Part shown: positions 1 through 11,147 of the stretch, one piece after another | Numbering within the stretch: position 1 is the first letter of the stretch | Layout of the letters: every line of letters begins with the position of its first letter | Assembly (NCBI GenBank): GCA_964036045.1 | Contig: OZ038379.1 | Location: 74,958,001 to 75,022,000, forward strand | DNA: 64,000 nucleotides | Direction: 5' to 3' | DNA from: Eutreptiella sp. 'Long Island Sound 2002' | Lineage: Eukaryota > Protista > Euglenida | Made by a program: the position numbers and the translations under genes | Notes under the pieces: generated by a model | Database searches by the model: none | What the model saw: only the letters and a program-made list of their open reading frames with translations | What the model was told of the DNA's origin: nothing

Positions 1-689
1 CCTTACCGTTCCCGGTGCGCCGATGTGAGCTTGGTGCCTGCTGTTGAAGGCGTACCAATTCGGGCCGTGTGCCTATTGCTAAAACCCGACAATTGGAGCT
101 AGGCCCCTACTCCTGTTGCCGCGCGGACTAGGGCTCTCCCCCCAATATTGCAAGGGAGCCGCTTGGGGTCAGGCCCGTGTAGCTGCATATTGGAGGTGGG
201 CTCTTGGTGCCTTAGCCGCTCCAAATGGTGTTGGACCCCTACTACTGCAACTGTTGCGAGTGGGGCTAGACCCCTCCTGCTATAGCCGCCCTAGTGGTGA
301 ATGTGGAGGGGTAATAGTTATGGTGTTATAGTGTTATGGTATTATTGGCCATATTGCACTCCTGCAGGACAGTTGCCCACGGTCCCGACCAGGCTAGGGT
401 TACACAATGCCGCAGCAAGTGCAATGCCGTGCCGTGCTGTGCTCGCTTCTACCCCCCCTTTGTCGCACCGCGCCCAAGGCCGCATGGCATGGGCGGCTCT
501 CTAGCGGCCCACACGGCCCAGATTGTCTGCAGTCACTAGCAACGGGCATTGCAGGTGGCTGCACCACGCACCGTGCCGTTAGCCACACCTATGTGCGATG
601 TGTGCTGCCGCAGGGTACCACATTTTTGTGGCATCTACTGAAAACATCATAGTTGCCCACGCCTCAACACTAACGGCTGTTGCTGCTAC

Positions 690-1020
690 AATAGGGACTC
701 AGCCCCTTTCGGCGCGGCTACGGCAGCAGGGGCCCAGGCACGATCAGCACTGGCCTAGCCCCAATCGACGCAGCTTCAGAATCAGGGGCCTAGCCCCAAT
801 CGGCGCCGGTTCGGCAATTGGAGCCCAACCCCAATCGGTGTGGCTACAGTAGCTGTGGCCTGGCCAGAATTTGCGCAGCTACAGTAGCAAGGTCTAGCCC
901 CAATCATCGCGGCTTTTGTAGCACGCACGCAACACCAATCGCCACGGCTACAACAGCCGGGGCCTAGCATCCATAGGCGTGGCCGGAGCCACAAGCACCC
1001 AGCCCTAATCACGTGGCTTC
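690..1020. repeat. Degenerate ~35-bp minisatellite (core ggcctagccccaatcg)
   Basis: Recurring cctagccccaatcg / cccaaccccaatcg motifs, for example near 753 and 788. Confidence 0.5.
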
Positions 1021-1039
1021 AGCCGAGGGGGGCACCCTC

Positions 1040-2200
1040 ATTTTGGGCAAAATCCCCTATGCTACACGATTCCTTCCGAAATTGTCCACTTCAAAGCTTT
1101 TTTGGAGCTTGCATGTGATCGTCCGGGTCAAGGATGGACTGGCTCTAAACTACTTTTTTGATCACCCCACGTGGTACAGGGACAACTATGAAAAAAATTC
1201 ATTTTCAACCACTTTTGGACCCAAAGGTGACCCCGTAACCCTACCTTAGCACATGCACCGTGTGAGCTACACCACTCCGATAGGACAATGAAGGGTGTTG
1301 ACAACCTGAAAATAGCTTGCAAGCAGTCCCCCTCATCAATACATATCACCACAAGGGTCACAAACGCAATCCATGGCATTCAAACACAAGACCTTCCCAT
1401 TGGACCCCCCGTACACATTGCCGGTTCTAAATGTGCCCATTTCAAGGGTGTTGTGGAACTTGCATGGGCTCAAATATAACTCAAAATAGGTGACACCACT
1501 TGTTTGAGATCCGCAAGTGCCCTAGAAAGAATTCTGAAAAAATCGTTTTTTACCACTTTTGAACCCGTAGAAGACCCCCGTAACACTACCCTAGCATGTG
1601 CACCGCTCATGTTGGTGGTGCCAATAGGGCATTGAAGGGTGTTGACAGCATGTAGATATGTTGCAAGTAACACCCTTTATCATTGTCAACTATCATTGCA
1701 AGGGTGCCCCCCGCAATCCATAGCTTTCAAACACAGCAAAAGAACGTGGAACTTGAAAGACTATGCAAAATAGCCTTTTCGACGGTGATTTGGCGGTATT
1801 TTGGGCGTGAAAGAAGGTAATGGGGTGCGAAAGACACTAGAGGGTGACCAACTATGTTTGTTCATCGGCCAAATTGGTTGCAATGCAAAGGGACGCCTCC
1901 ATGAACACCCTAGCCACCCATATTGCCCCCAAAAGGGCTTTTTTTTTGGTCATTTTTGCTAGATTTTGAAACTAAAGTTCGCCACTAGCAACACCCATTC
2001 CAACCAACCATTGTTGAGTTCCATGCTCAAACTTTGTGCGATTGTCCCTCACGCCATAGGTAGCATCGACCGAAATTTCTACCGAATCCGGAGTACCATG
2101 ACAGACTTGCGATTTTTGCCCACTTTGCGCATGCTTGCTTGTTGTTATAAAACCAACATTGGTTCCACCAGCTTGGTCATCTGGACCCTAACTCTAACCC
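1040..2200. mobile_element. Dispersed non-coding repeat family with an internal ~345-bp duplication; homologous to 16300-17450
   Basis: The motif (c)taccc/ttagcacatgcac... followed by ...gaagggtgttgaca occurs at ~1236 and ~1584. Related sequence occurs at ~16757 and ~17335. Ends not defined. Confidence 0.45.
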
Positions 2201-3964
2201 TTGGGTAACAAGGGTACATGCACACGTGCTGCTTTATGCATATACCATGGTAAGAACCACCATTCCAGCAACAACTAGCAACAACTAGGGGAAATGCACT
2301 AGGGGGAATACACGTGTCACGCTTTTTACCTAGACCATCGTTCAGAAATCGTTCTATCAATGCCCTTGGTGCCAACAAAAATAACCCTCCTTGTCATGGA
2401 AGCCCTTTTCTAAAGCCCCCCCCCCCCCCTACACACACAGTATTTGGGAGGCTGCAATGACCTGCCCCCCTTTGGAGCGAAAATTTGACTACCCCACTTT
2501 TTTTGTTTCTTGAGAAGCACGTCCATGGACAATGTGTTGCAACTGCAACTCCTCATTCGATTCTTTCAAACGCATTTCATTTTGCAGCAACCACAATCAA
2601 CCACAACGTGGTTTCCACCTTCACAATGCCCCACTCCGATGGCAGTGCATCATGTGGGTCCTTTCGAGGGCTCACCAAAGATGCAGTGAAGTCAAATGGC
2701 ACCTCCAGCTATTGCAAAGTGGTCTACTTTTATGTCTCCACCACCCAGAGGAAGTGGGTCAGAGCACCTTGAGCACCCTCTTTCTTGGCATCTACCCAGT
2801 GCATCTGCCTCTGGTGGTAGCAGTTCTGTGGTGTTGGGGCCCTCAATGCTGTGCCACTGCAGATGCACTTTGCAAAACGTTGCAAAACCATGGGCCACTG
2901 CTCAGTGCAATCACTGCCTGCGGCCTTGGCTGTGGTGGTGGTGGTGGTGGTGGTGGTGCTACTTCCACTGCATTGCGCAGGCTGCTGTTGAGCCTGGGGC
3001 TGAAATTCCCTAGCAGCAAATTGTGGTTGGATTCCTGCAAATGCACATGCAACAACATAGTTTGCTTTGGGAGTGCTGCAAACAAGTTTGTGTGCACAAG
3101 GTTTCGAATTGCATGCAGATTATATGGATTATGCAGAACATACCTTCTTCTGTTCCCCGTTGTGCAGCACTGCACAGTGCCCTATGCTGCGAAGCTCATA
3201 CGCAGCAGCCGTTTGGGCCTCATTGTATGCCTCTGCCTTTCGCTTCCCATGGAAAGTGTGCCCATTTGATTGCATATTAGAAGGGTAGGAGAGGGGGGGG
3301 CAGGGGGTGCAGAGGGAGTGTAGGGGGTGGGGGGTTACTGCCCCTCATCCTATGGTATACGGCCATTGTAATCCTTCCCTGGAGGGCTTCCACAATGCAG
3401 ACTGCAGAGCACAGCGAACATTCCCTGGAGCTGGGCTGGGCTGGAACGAGCTGCCAAGGCCGAGAAAAGGCTGCAACAGGGCCACTGTCTGTAGTCCTCT
3501 GTGGCCCTCTACAGCACTGGACCCCGCTACCACCGCAACGCACAGCTACACCACATTGAACTTCCCACGACCGTCTGGAACAAAGGAAGTGGATGCGTAT
3601 GCTTTGGCCCACAACCCTCCGTTTGGGGACATGCTTCCAGAATGGTCTGGACTTTCTGAGCCCTAAAGGCCCAAAGCACCCCCGGCCTGCCCCTGTCATC
3701 CTCCTCCAGGTCGTGGGGGTTTGCTGACGGAGAATCAACAAAATGCATCGTATGTCGGAACATTGAGAGCAAACGAGACCTGATCTTTGGACTTTTGAGC
3801 CCTTTCTTATCTGCCCCCACCACCACTACAGAAACAGGGGAACGGGCTGAAAAGGGCACCCCGGTGCCCAATGCACTTTTTGCCATGCCCTTTCAATAGC
3901 CTGCTGCAGCCCCTCCACAGCTTTCACACCAAGTGCCCACAATAGTCTCCAACCCTCAGCCTAC

Positions 3965-4393
3965 CTCCACGTCGGCATCATCGTCACTGTCAACACGCCG
4001 CCGCAGCCGCATGCCCTCGCCTTCACCCTCGTCGCCCTCGTTGTCATCGTCATCATCCTCCTCGTCCTCTGCCTCGATACCATCTTCTTTGCCCACGCCG
4101 GACAGCCGAAGCACTGGCCAGATCTTGTTAGGACCGGCCCCTGCTGTCCGGGGTGGCATTTGATTTCCCTCCAAGGCAGCCTGCAGCGCTGCAGCGGAAT
4201 CAGGTGCCCCCACAATTTTCTGCTGCAGCTGCTGTGCCTGCTCGGTGCTGTACCGCAGGTGATATATGTAGACCACTGTAGCAGCTCCACTCCGACCCTG
4301 CGACTGATTGCGTGAGTTGTGCCACAACAGCTTCGACTCCAGCTCAGCAATGGTCTGGTTGATGGTGGCGATGGACTCAGGGAACTTCAGCAT
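3965..4393 (-). CDS. UPF2: UPF2 coding exon (post-MIF4G3 helix and acidic linker), 143 codons
   Basis: MLKFPESIATINQTIAELESKLL...EDGIEAEDEEDDDDDNEGDEGEGEG...DSDDDADVE. UPF2 has an amphipathic helix followed by an acidic tract at this position. Acceptor ttgcag|ATG, donor GAG|gtaggc, in frame with the previous exon. Length 429 nt. Confidence 0.8.
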
Positions 4394-4819
4394 CTGCAAC
4401 GCAGTGGGAGTACCAAACTCAAAATACCAAACAAAATGAGAAATATGAGGGAGTGAGGGAGGGAGGGATGGAGAAAACTGCATGCGTTACAGGGAAGGGA
4501 AAGGGGGCAGCCTGACACCAGGGTTTCTCTTCATTGGTGATTGAGGTTGCAAATTACTGTTATGAACTTCCATGACATTTCCCTGGAGAAAAAAGTTTCC
4601 AAATAGACTGTATTATGGGGAAAAAATTCAGCTTACTGGCACATGCCATATGTGCTGATTGGTGCCACGATTTTCCTGTTTTAAGCCTTTTTACTCCCTG
4701 CTGGATCCTCGTGAACCAATCCGCTTGGGGCTCAGCCCCCGGGGGGAGGGGGGGTCACAGTTTCCTGTTGTACGTGAACTCAGCGAAAGGTCGACAAAGA
4801 AGATCCAATATAGGGGGGC

Positions 4820-5062
4820 GGGGGGGGATTTAGTACGGGAAAATTTTTGTCCGGAAAAATTGAGTGCGGGAAACATTCCGCCACAGTCGTTAAAAGTGAT
4901 GGGAAAAATTGCGCCACATTTTTCCATGGTGAAGGGCAAGGCCTAAGGTCGGCTATGGGGAAAATTGCGCCACAATCGTTAAAAGTGATGGGGAAAATTG
5001 CGCCAGAATTGGGCATACTAAATTTTTCCAGACAGGTTTCTTCAGCTACTAAATTCCCCCCC
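4820..5062. mobile_element. MITE-like element
   Basis: Terminal inverted repeats gggggggatttagta (4821) and tactaaattccccccc (to 5062). Internal direct repeat gccacaRtcgttaaaagtgatgggRaaaattgcgcca at ~4880 and ~4969. No TSD could be identified. Confidence 0.55.
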
Positions 5063-5299
5063 GTAGTTGTTGCATGGCGGCAATCTGTACCGTTGCACCC
5101 TATTGCCTTACTGTGCATGTTTGTGCTCAGCCCACTGGCATCTGTATGTCCCTCTTGTGACAGAAAGGTACCTATGGTGTTTTAGGCCATTGACGAGCCA
5201 ATTTTCTTTCTGCCCTTTTGTGTTGGCCGCGTCTTGTGCCCACGTGCAATAGCTCAGCGTTCCTTTGGGGGGGGGGGTTGGCACAAGGTCAGAGGTTTC

Positions 5300-6570
5300 G
5301 TGCAAGGAGGGGGGTTGTTGCACATAAGGCACACCGGGTGTGGCGTGCAAGAGGCACGGGCCCATGGTCAGTTTGCGCCTCGAGTAACGAGGTGCACATT
5401 TCTACTGAAAAACTCCAAACGTCCACACTGCGCGAGTGATGATCCACCGGCGTAATCGAAAAAAGATGGTGTTGCGAGTGGCTTGTAGCACGTACGTAAT
5501 GTGCTGGCTCCATTGAAGTGTGCCGTCGACTTCCCAAGATGTCCTGCTAATGAGCCTGGGCAGTGCAACGCACGCAAAACTGTGGGTCGGGTGTACCTTG
5601 ATAGACAAGCCAATTGCGCGTAGGAGGCAATGCTGAGCCAGCCCGTTTCCACAGGGATTAAGAAATGGTTGAACATTCAAAGGCACTGACAATGATACTC
5701 AATATATGCTTGTGTGCATATGCTAGTGGGGACTGTAGGGTGACGGTGTATTTGAGTCGCCACTCTGCTGTCAAACCCGAGGGCTGGGCATAAACCAATG
5801 GCGGGTGCTGTCCATGGACATGCACTGTGAAGCCCATGGCCGTCATATTGTGGGTCATGCATGTTCCTTGGTATACCTATTTTTGTTCAGGTCTGTGACT
5901 CCATGAGTGCCTCACATTAGAGTGATGCATGAGCATCATTCGTATCCACAGTTTCCAAGGCTCGCTTTGGTGCTGGGGTGACAGTTTTTGCAATTTCAGC
6001 ACTGTGACCTTCATCAATGTCATCTTCACTCTCATTCGCATCACCTTCTCGGGTCTCACTTTTTGTAGGGTCATTCTTTGCCTCGTCCAGATCATCAGGG
6101 TCTTGAGGGCAAAATCTAGTCACCAAGGAATTCACTGTTTCACCAGCAATCGAATCAACAGGCTCTATTTTAGGAGCGATTGGGGTTGCCTCACACAGCA
6201 CTAGCAACGCCCAAACCTTGGACAAAGTGTGGCAAAATGTGGCATTTCAGAATGAGCCGTGGGTCCTTTTCTCCTGCTAAAGCATTATCCCGAAACTACG
6301 CCATGGACAAGACATTACCTCGCGGGGTTGTCCAAAGGGGGTGCCCTCGAGGCGAAAATGTTAAAGTGCCGAGGCATTGCATCAAATCTGTCTGTTGCTT
6401 CGCTCCCCAGATAGACCGGAGGTTAGTGCTCTGAGCGCTAAACGGGCCCCCCATAGGGATAGCTCTTGTTCTGGACCACATCTCCTCACGCTTGACTCTA
6501 TGTGTCCGTCAACAACGGGATGCCGTATGACATGCTAGCCTATAACTAGCATGGCGGTGTTCAAGGGACC
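5300..6570 (-). pseudogene. Decayed Penelope-like reverse transcriptase
   Basis: Minus strand gives RAIPMGGPFSAQS (motif-B-like GxPMG, ~6428-6467) followed in frame by MA*FRDNAL (motif C region, FRDN at 6284-6295). Further on are thumb-like EWRLKY...KHILSIIVSAF...SRYTRPTVLRAL segments. Many stops and frameshifts. Confidence 0.55.
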
Positions 6571-8199
6571 TCCAAGCAGGATTACCCATGGCAACCCTAC
6601 TTGAAGGTCCCACACACACTACCATGCCGATTACAGGGTAATCAATGATGACCAACGGCGCTGGGCTGTTGACAGGTGCACCGCAACCCTCAATGTGTCA
6701 CTCTATTGATTGGATGACCGGTGTGCAATTGTCTGCAAATGAGGCCGAACTCTTGGTGGCCGTAACTCAACTGCTAGCGGTTACAGCCTGAACTTTGGTG
6801 GATGTTATTCAACTTTTGGGAGGTGCACTACAACCACAACCCCACTACCCTGTCCTTCATTGTGCATGCCAATGATCCGCCCCCCATGAGGAAAGCGTAG
6901 CTCGATTGTGGAAATAAGCGTAAGTCGCTCTTTTTATCTTTTTTTTGGCGTAAATCGCGTTTTTTTTCGACGGAAAATTTTTTTGGTGTAAGTCGCGTAA
7001 ATTTTTTTTGGCGTAAGTCGCGTATTGGAAAAAAAAACCCATTTTTCCAAAAAAAAACAAAAAGGCGGGGAAACACAAGAACCACCCAACAACCGCCATT
7101 GCTACCGGAGGAGGTGAAGCATAAAGCCCCCACGGACATTTTGGGTACCTACGGCACGGGTAAAGGAATGGAGCCCTGGCGTGAAGGGTGGTTTTTATAC
7201 TCATCGCCGGCAAATGGCGGAAATAACGTGCGGCAGATGGCGGAAATAACGTGGCGCACACTCATCATGACCGCAAACAAAAAATGCAATTTGCCCTTCG
7301 GCCTTTGGCAAGCGGTATCAAAATGACTATATTGCTGCCAGCTACAAAGCTCAAGCCAGCGATACCACCTGAGTCCGGTCACCTGGGGCCAACTACATTC
7401 TTCGCATGCAACCATAATGGCGTGGGGCCAACTACAAGAAGTCAGCAAACACACGCTTGTAGATCAAATCAGACTTTGTGTACGATGCCTTCGGCTTTGC
7501 ACGCGGATTCGTGTTCCGCGCACAAGCGTTACAGATGTCCTTCACAAGCAACTCTTCTAGCTCTCGAATAAATTGTTTGTCGTTCACCAACCAACCCTTT
7601 GCGCCCTTTGGGTACGCCTCGGGCACCTCAAAAAGGTTCCCACGGATGAACACGTATGGACGGGCATCATCACTTGTGGGGGGGTTAGAAGAGGAAGCGG
7701 ACTGCGGGGTTTGTGGAGGGGCCTTAGCATTGCCCTTCACTGACTTCCCATCTTGGGGCACGTCCTTGGAGTTGGAGGCCGGGAAGGCAGGGAATTCTCC
7801 CACCGTTGGCTCCGAGGAGGAGGCAGCAATGTTGCCCTCGGGTTCTGAAAGAGGATCCTCTTCATCAAAAAGGAGGGGGGAAGTAGATGGGGGCTGGGAC
7901 TCAGGGTTGGAGGCTGGGGCAGCAGGAGATTTTCTAGGCTTCCAGCAAGTCACCTCCTTTCCCCACCAATTCTCCGGATGGTGCCGTTGCGTGTTAGGTG
8001 CCAGTGGGGTTTGTGTGGAAGAGTGTTGTACCAGTTCTTGTATTGTTGTGTGTTGCATGGCATGTGACGGGGCCCATCCACCTCGTGGCAGTGTGCCGAT
8101 TAGACAACCATTTTTTCGTCCATCGGCACTTTGTATTGTGTATCTCATCTTTTCCATCCACATCATGGAAGATTGCGCAAGACAAAACTGACGTTTCAC

Positions 8200-8800
8200 C
8201 GGCAATGGAGCTGACTTCGTGCAATCAAAGATGCACCGATTGATAGCCAGATGACCAACCATCCTCTTGAAAACCCAAAGCCCGAGCATGTGCGGCAACA
8301 CCCTTTGACTGGAGGCGTCTCAACATTGGCCGGACCAAAGAAATACCACAAAGTGGCTCCCAAACGTGGACTTTGAAGGCCCATACTGGGATCCTGGGAT
8401 GCAGTCGATGGCACAGAAAAACCATTGGAGCCCTTCGCAATCGTCACTATTAACAATAGATATGTGGCACCGCCTCCAGGCCAAACGAACAGTTTTATGG
8501 TTGTTGCCCTTACTGTCTTCATACTTCCTCATCCTCTGCACACAGAACACAATCTATGTCACCGCCATAGTCCATGCCCGTGGCTCCTCGACCTCATTGT
8601 GCTTCATTTCGGCATTTGGGTTGTTGTAAAAGGCCTCCATTCAGCCGACAACAAGATGACCCTTGGCTACCTGTTGCCCCCTCCCGAGTCATCAATTTTC
8701 TACGGCCACCGCCACGGCATCCTCAAACACCATGGACTTCTGAATAAAGTACCGGCGGTCAACAAGAAACTACACGGTGTGAATATGCAATTCCCCTAGC
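8200..8800 (-). pseudogene. Decayed Ulp1/C48-like (clan CE) cysteine protease inside the TIR element
   Basis: HISIVNSDDCEGL(Q)WFFCAIDC, frameshift, RIPVWAFKVHVWEPL...FQEDGWS(S)GYQS. This follows the HW...D/E...Q-x-x-G-x-x-CG layout, with the catalytic His (CAA at 8425-8427) and Cys (TCT at 8249-8251) each one base from His/Cys codons. In-frame stops lie upstream. Confidence 0.6.
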
Positions 8801-9289
8801 CAAAGCGACAGCACACATGCATTGTGTACCCATCACACCATGGCACACTTTTATAAGTGCCAATGAGCGAAGACCACTACTCGTGGCACTGCCTGGATAT
8901 GTTATTTGCCATTTGTGGGCACCATCAAGTGTGTTGCCTGCGGCCATAGCAACTCGAGGTGGTGGGCGCCGACCACAGCCCACAAGCGTACATCACCTCT
9001 CCCCGCTTACACGGGTGCAACACACAAGCCTCGGCCCATTGGAAGAGAAATAGAAGAAATGCCAACATAAAATGGGTATGTCCGGCACGGCCCCTCTGCA
9101 AAGCAAAGGGGGGCACAACACCGCAAACCTAATGGTGCGAGGAGCCGTTACCCGCCAACCAGCAAGCTCAAGGCACCGTAGCGTGCCTGTGCAAAGGACA
9201 AAAAGCGGAGGTACTTAGTCCTAGACCCGAACTAGAGGGGCCAACTCAAGGGGCCACACAACAACAACAACAACAACCTAACCCCAATT

Positions 9290-11147
9290 CGAGGGGGCCA
9301 CGCAACAAAGCATGGATTGTGAGTCCCTAACCCCAACTCGAGGGGCCGCACAAAAAAGCGTGGATTGTGAGTCTCTAACCCCAACTCAACGGGGCAACGC
9401 AAAAAAGCGTGGATTGTGAGTCCCTTACCCCAACTCGAGGGGCCACGCAAAAAAGCGTGCATTGTGAGTCCCTAACCCCAACTGGAGGGGCCTCGCAAAA
9501 AAGCGTGGATTGTGAGTCCCTAACCCCTACTCCAGAGCCACGCAAAAAAGCGTGGATTGTGAGTCCCTATCCCCAACTCAAGGGGGCCACACAAACAAGC
9601 ATGGATTGTGAGTCCCGAACCCCAACTTGAGTCGCCACGCAAAAAAGCGTGGATTGTGAGTCCCTAACCCCAACTCGAGGGGCCACACAACAAAGCGTGG
9701 ATTGTGAGTCCCTAACCCCAACTCGAGGGGCCACGCAAAAAAGCGTGGATTGTGAGTCCCTAACCCCAACTCGAGGGGCCACGCAAAAAAGCGTGGATTG
9801 TGAGTCCCTAACCCCAACTCAAGGAGGCACGCAAAAAAGCGTGGATTGTGAGTCCCTAACCCCAACTCGAGGGGCCAAGCAAGAAAGCGTGGATTGTGAG
9901 TCCCTAACCCCAACTCGAGGGGCCACACAAAAAAAAGTGGATTGTGAGTCCCTAACCCCAACTCAAGGGGCCACGCAAAAAAGCGTGGATTGTGAGTCCC
10001 TAACCACAACTACAGGGGCCACGCAAAAAAGCGTGGATTGTGAGTCCCTAGCCCCAACTTGAGGGGCCACGCCAAAAAAGCGAGGATTGTGAGTCCCTAA
10101 CCCCAACTCGAGGGGCCACGCAAAAAAGCGTGGATTGTGAGTCCCTAACCCCAACTCAAGGAGGCACGCAAAAAAGCGTGGATTGTGAGTCCCTAACCCC
10201 AACTCGAGGGGCCAAGCAAGCAAGCGTGGATTGTGAGTCCCTAACCCCAACTCGAGGGGCCACACAAAAAAAAGTGGATTGTGAGTCCCTAACCCCAACT
10301 CAAGGGGCCACGCAAAAAAGCGTGGATTGTGAGTCCCTAACCACAACTACAGGGGCCACGCAACAAAGCGTGGATTGTGAGTCCCTAGCCCCAACTTGAG
10401 GGGCCACGCCAAAAAAGCGTGGATTGTGAGTCCCTAACCCCAACTGGAAAGGCCACGCAATAAAAGCGTGGATTGTGAGTCCCTAACCCCAACTCGAGGG
10501 GCCACGCAACAAAGCGTGGATCGTGAGTCCCTAACCCCAACTGGAGGGGCCACGCAAAAAAGCGTGGATTGTGAGTCCCTAACCCCTACTCGAGGGGCCA
10601 TGCAAAAAAGCATGGATTGTGAGTACCTAACCCCAACTCGTGGGGCCACGCAAAAAAGTGTGGAGGGTGAGTCCCTAATCCCAACTCGAGGGGCAATGCA
10701 GGAAAGCGTGGATTGTGAGTCCCTAACCCCAACTCAAGGGGGCCACGCAAACAAGCGTGGATTGTGAGTCCCTAACCCCAACTCGAGGGGCCACGCAAAA
10801 AAGCGGGGATTGTGAGTCCCGAACCCCAACTCGAGGGGCCACGCAAAAAAGCGTGGATTGTGAGTCCCTAACCCCAACTACAGGGGCCACGCAACAAAAC
10901 GTGGATTGTGAGTCCCTAACCCCAACTCGAGGGGCCACGCAAAAAAGCGTGAATTGTGAGTCCCTAACCCCAACTCGAGGGGCCACGCAAAAAAGCGTGG
11001 ATTGTGAGTCCCTAACCCCAACTCCAGGGGCCACGTAAAAAAGCGTGGATTGTGAGTCCCTAACCCCAACTCAAGGGGCCACGCAAAAAAAAGTGCATTG
11101 TGAGTCCCTAACCCCAACTCGAGGGGCCACGCAAAAAAAGCGTGGAT
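9290..11147. repeat. 48-bp minisatellite, ~38 copies
   Basis: Unit gcgtggattgtgagtccctaaccccaactcgaggggccacgcaaaaaa; translates as a 16-aa repeat in the ORF track. Confidence 0.97.

Noticed and set aside
2532-3269. 245-aa ORF with a poly-Gly run
   Set aside because: The poly-Gly comes from a (GGT)n microsatellite. There is no recognisable domain or splice context, so it is probably decayed TE sequence.
9290-11147. CRISPR-like appearance of the 48-bp array (and of the palindromic 72-bp and 41-bp arrays)
   Set aside because: There are no unique spacers, because whole units are repeated. No cas genes are present and the context is a eukaryotic spliced gene.
9290-11147. Telomere or interstitial telomeric tract
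   Set aside because: CCCTAA occurs once per 48-bp unit, not in tandem.
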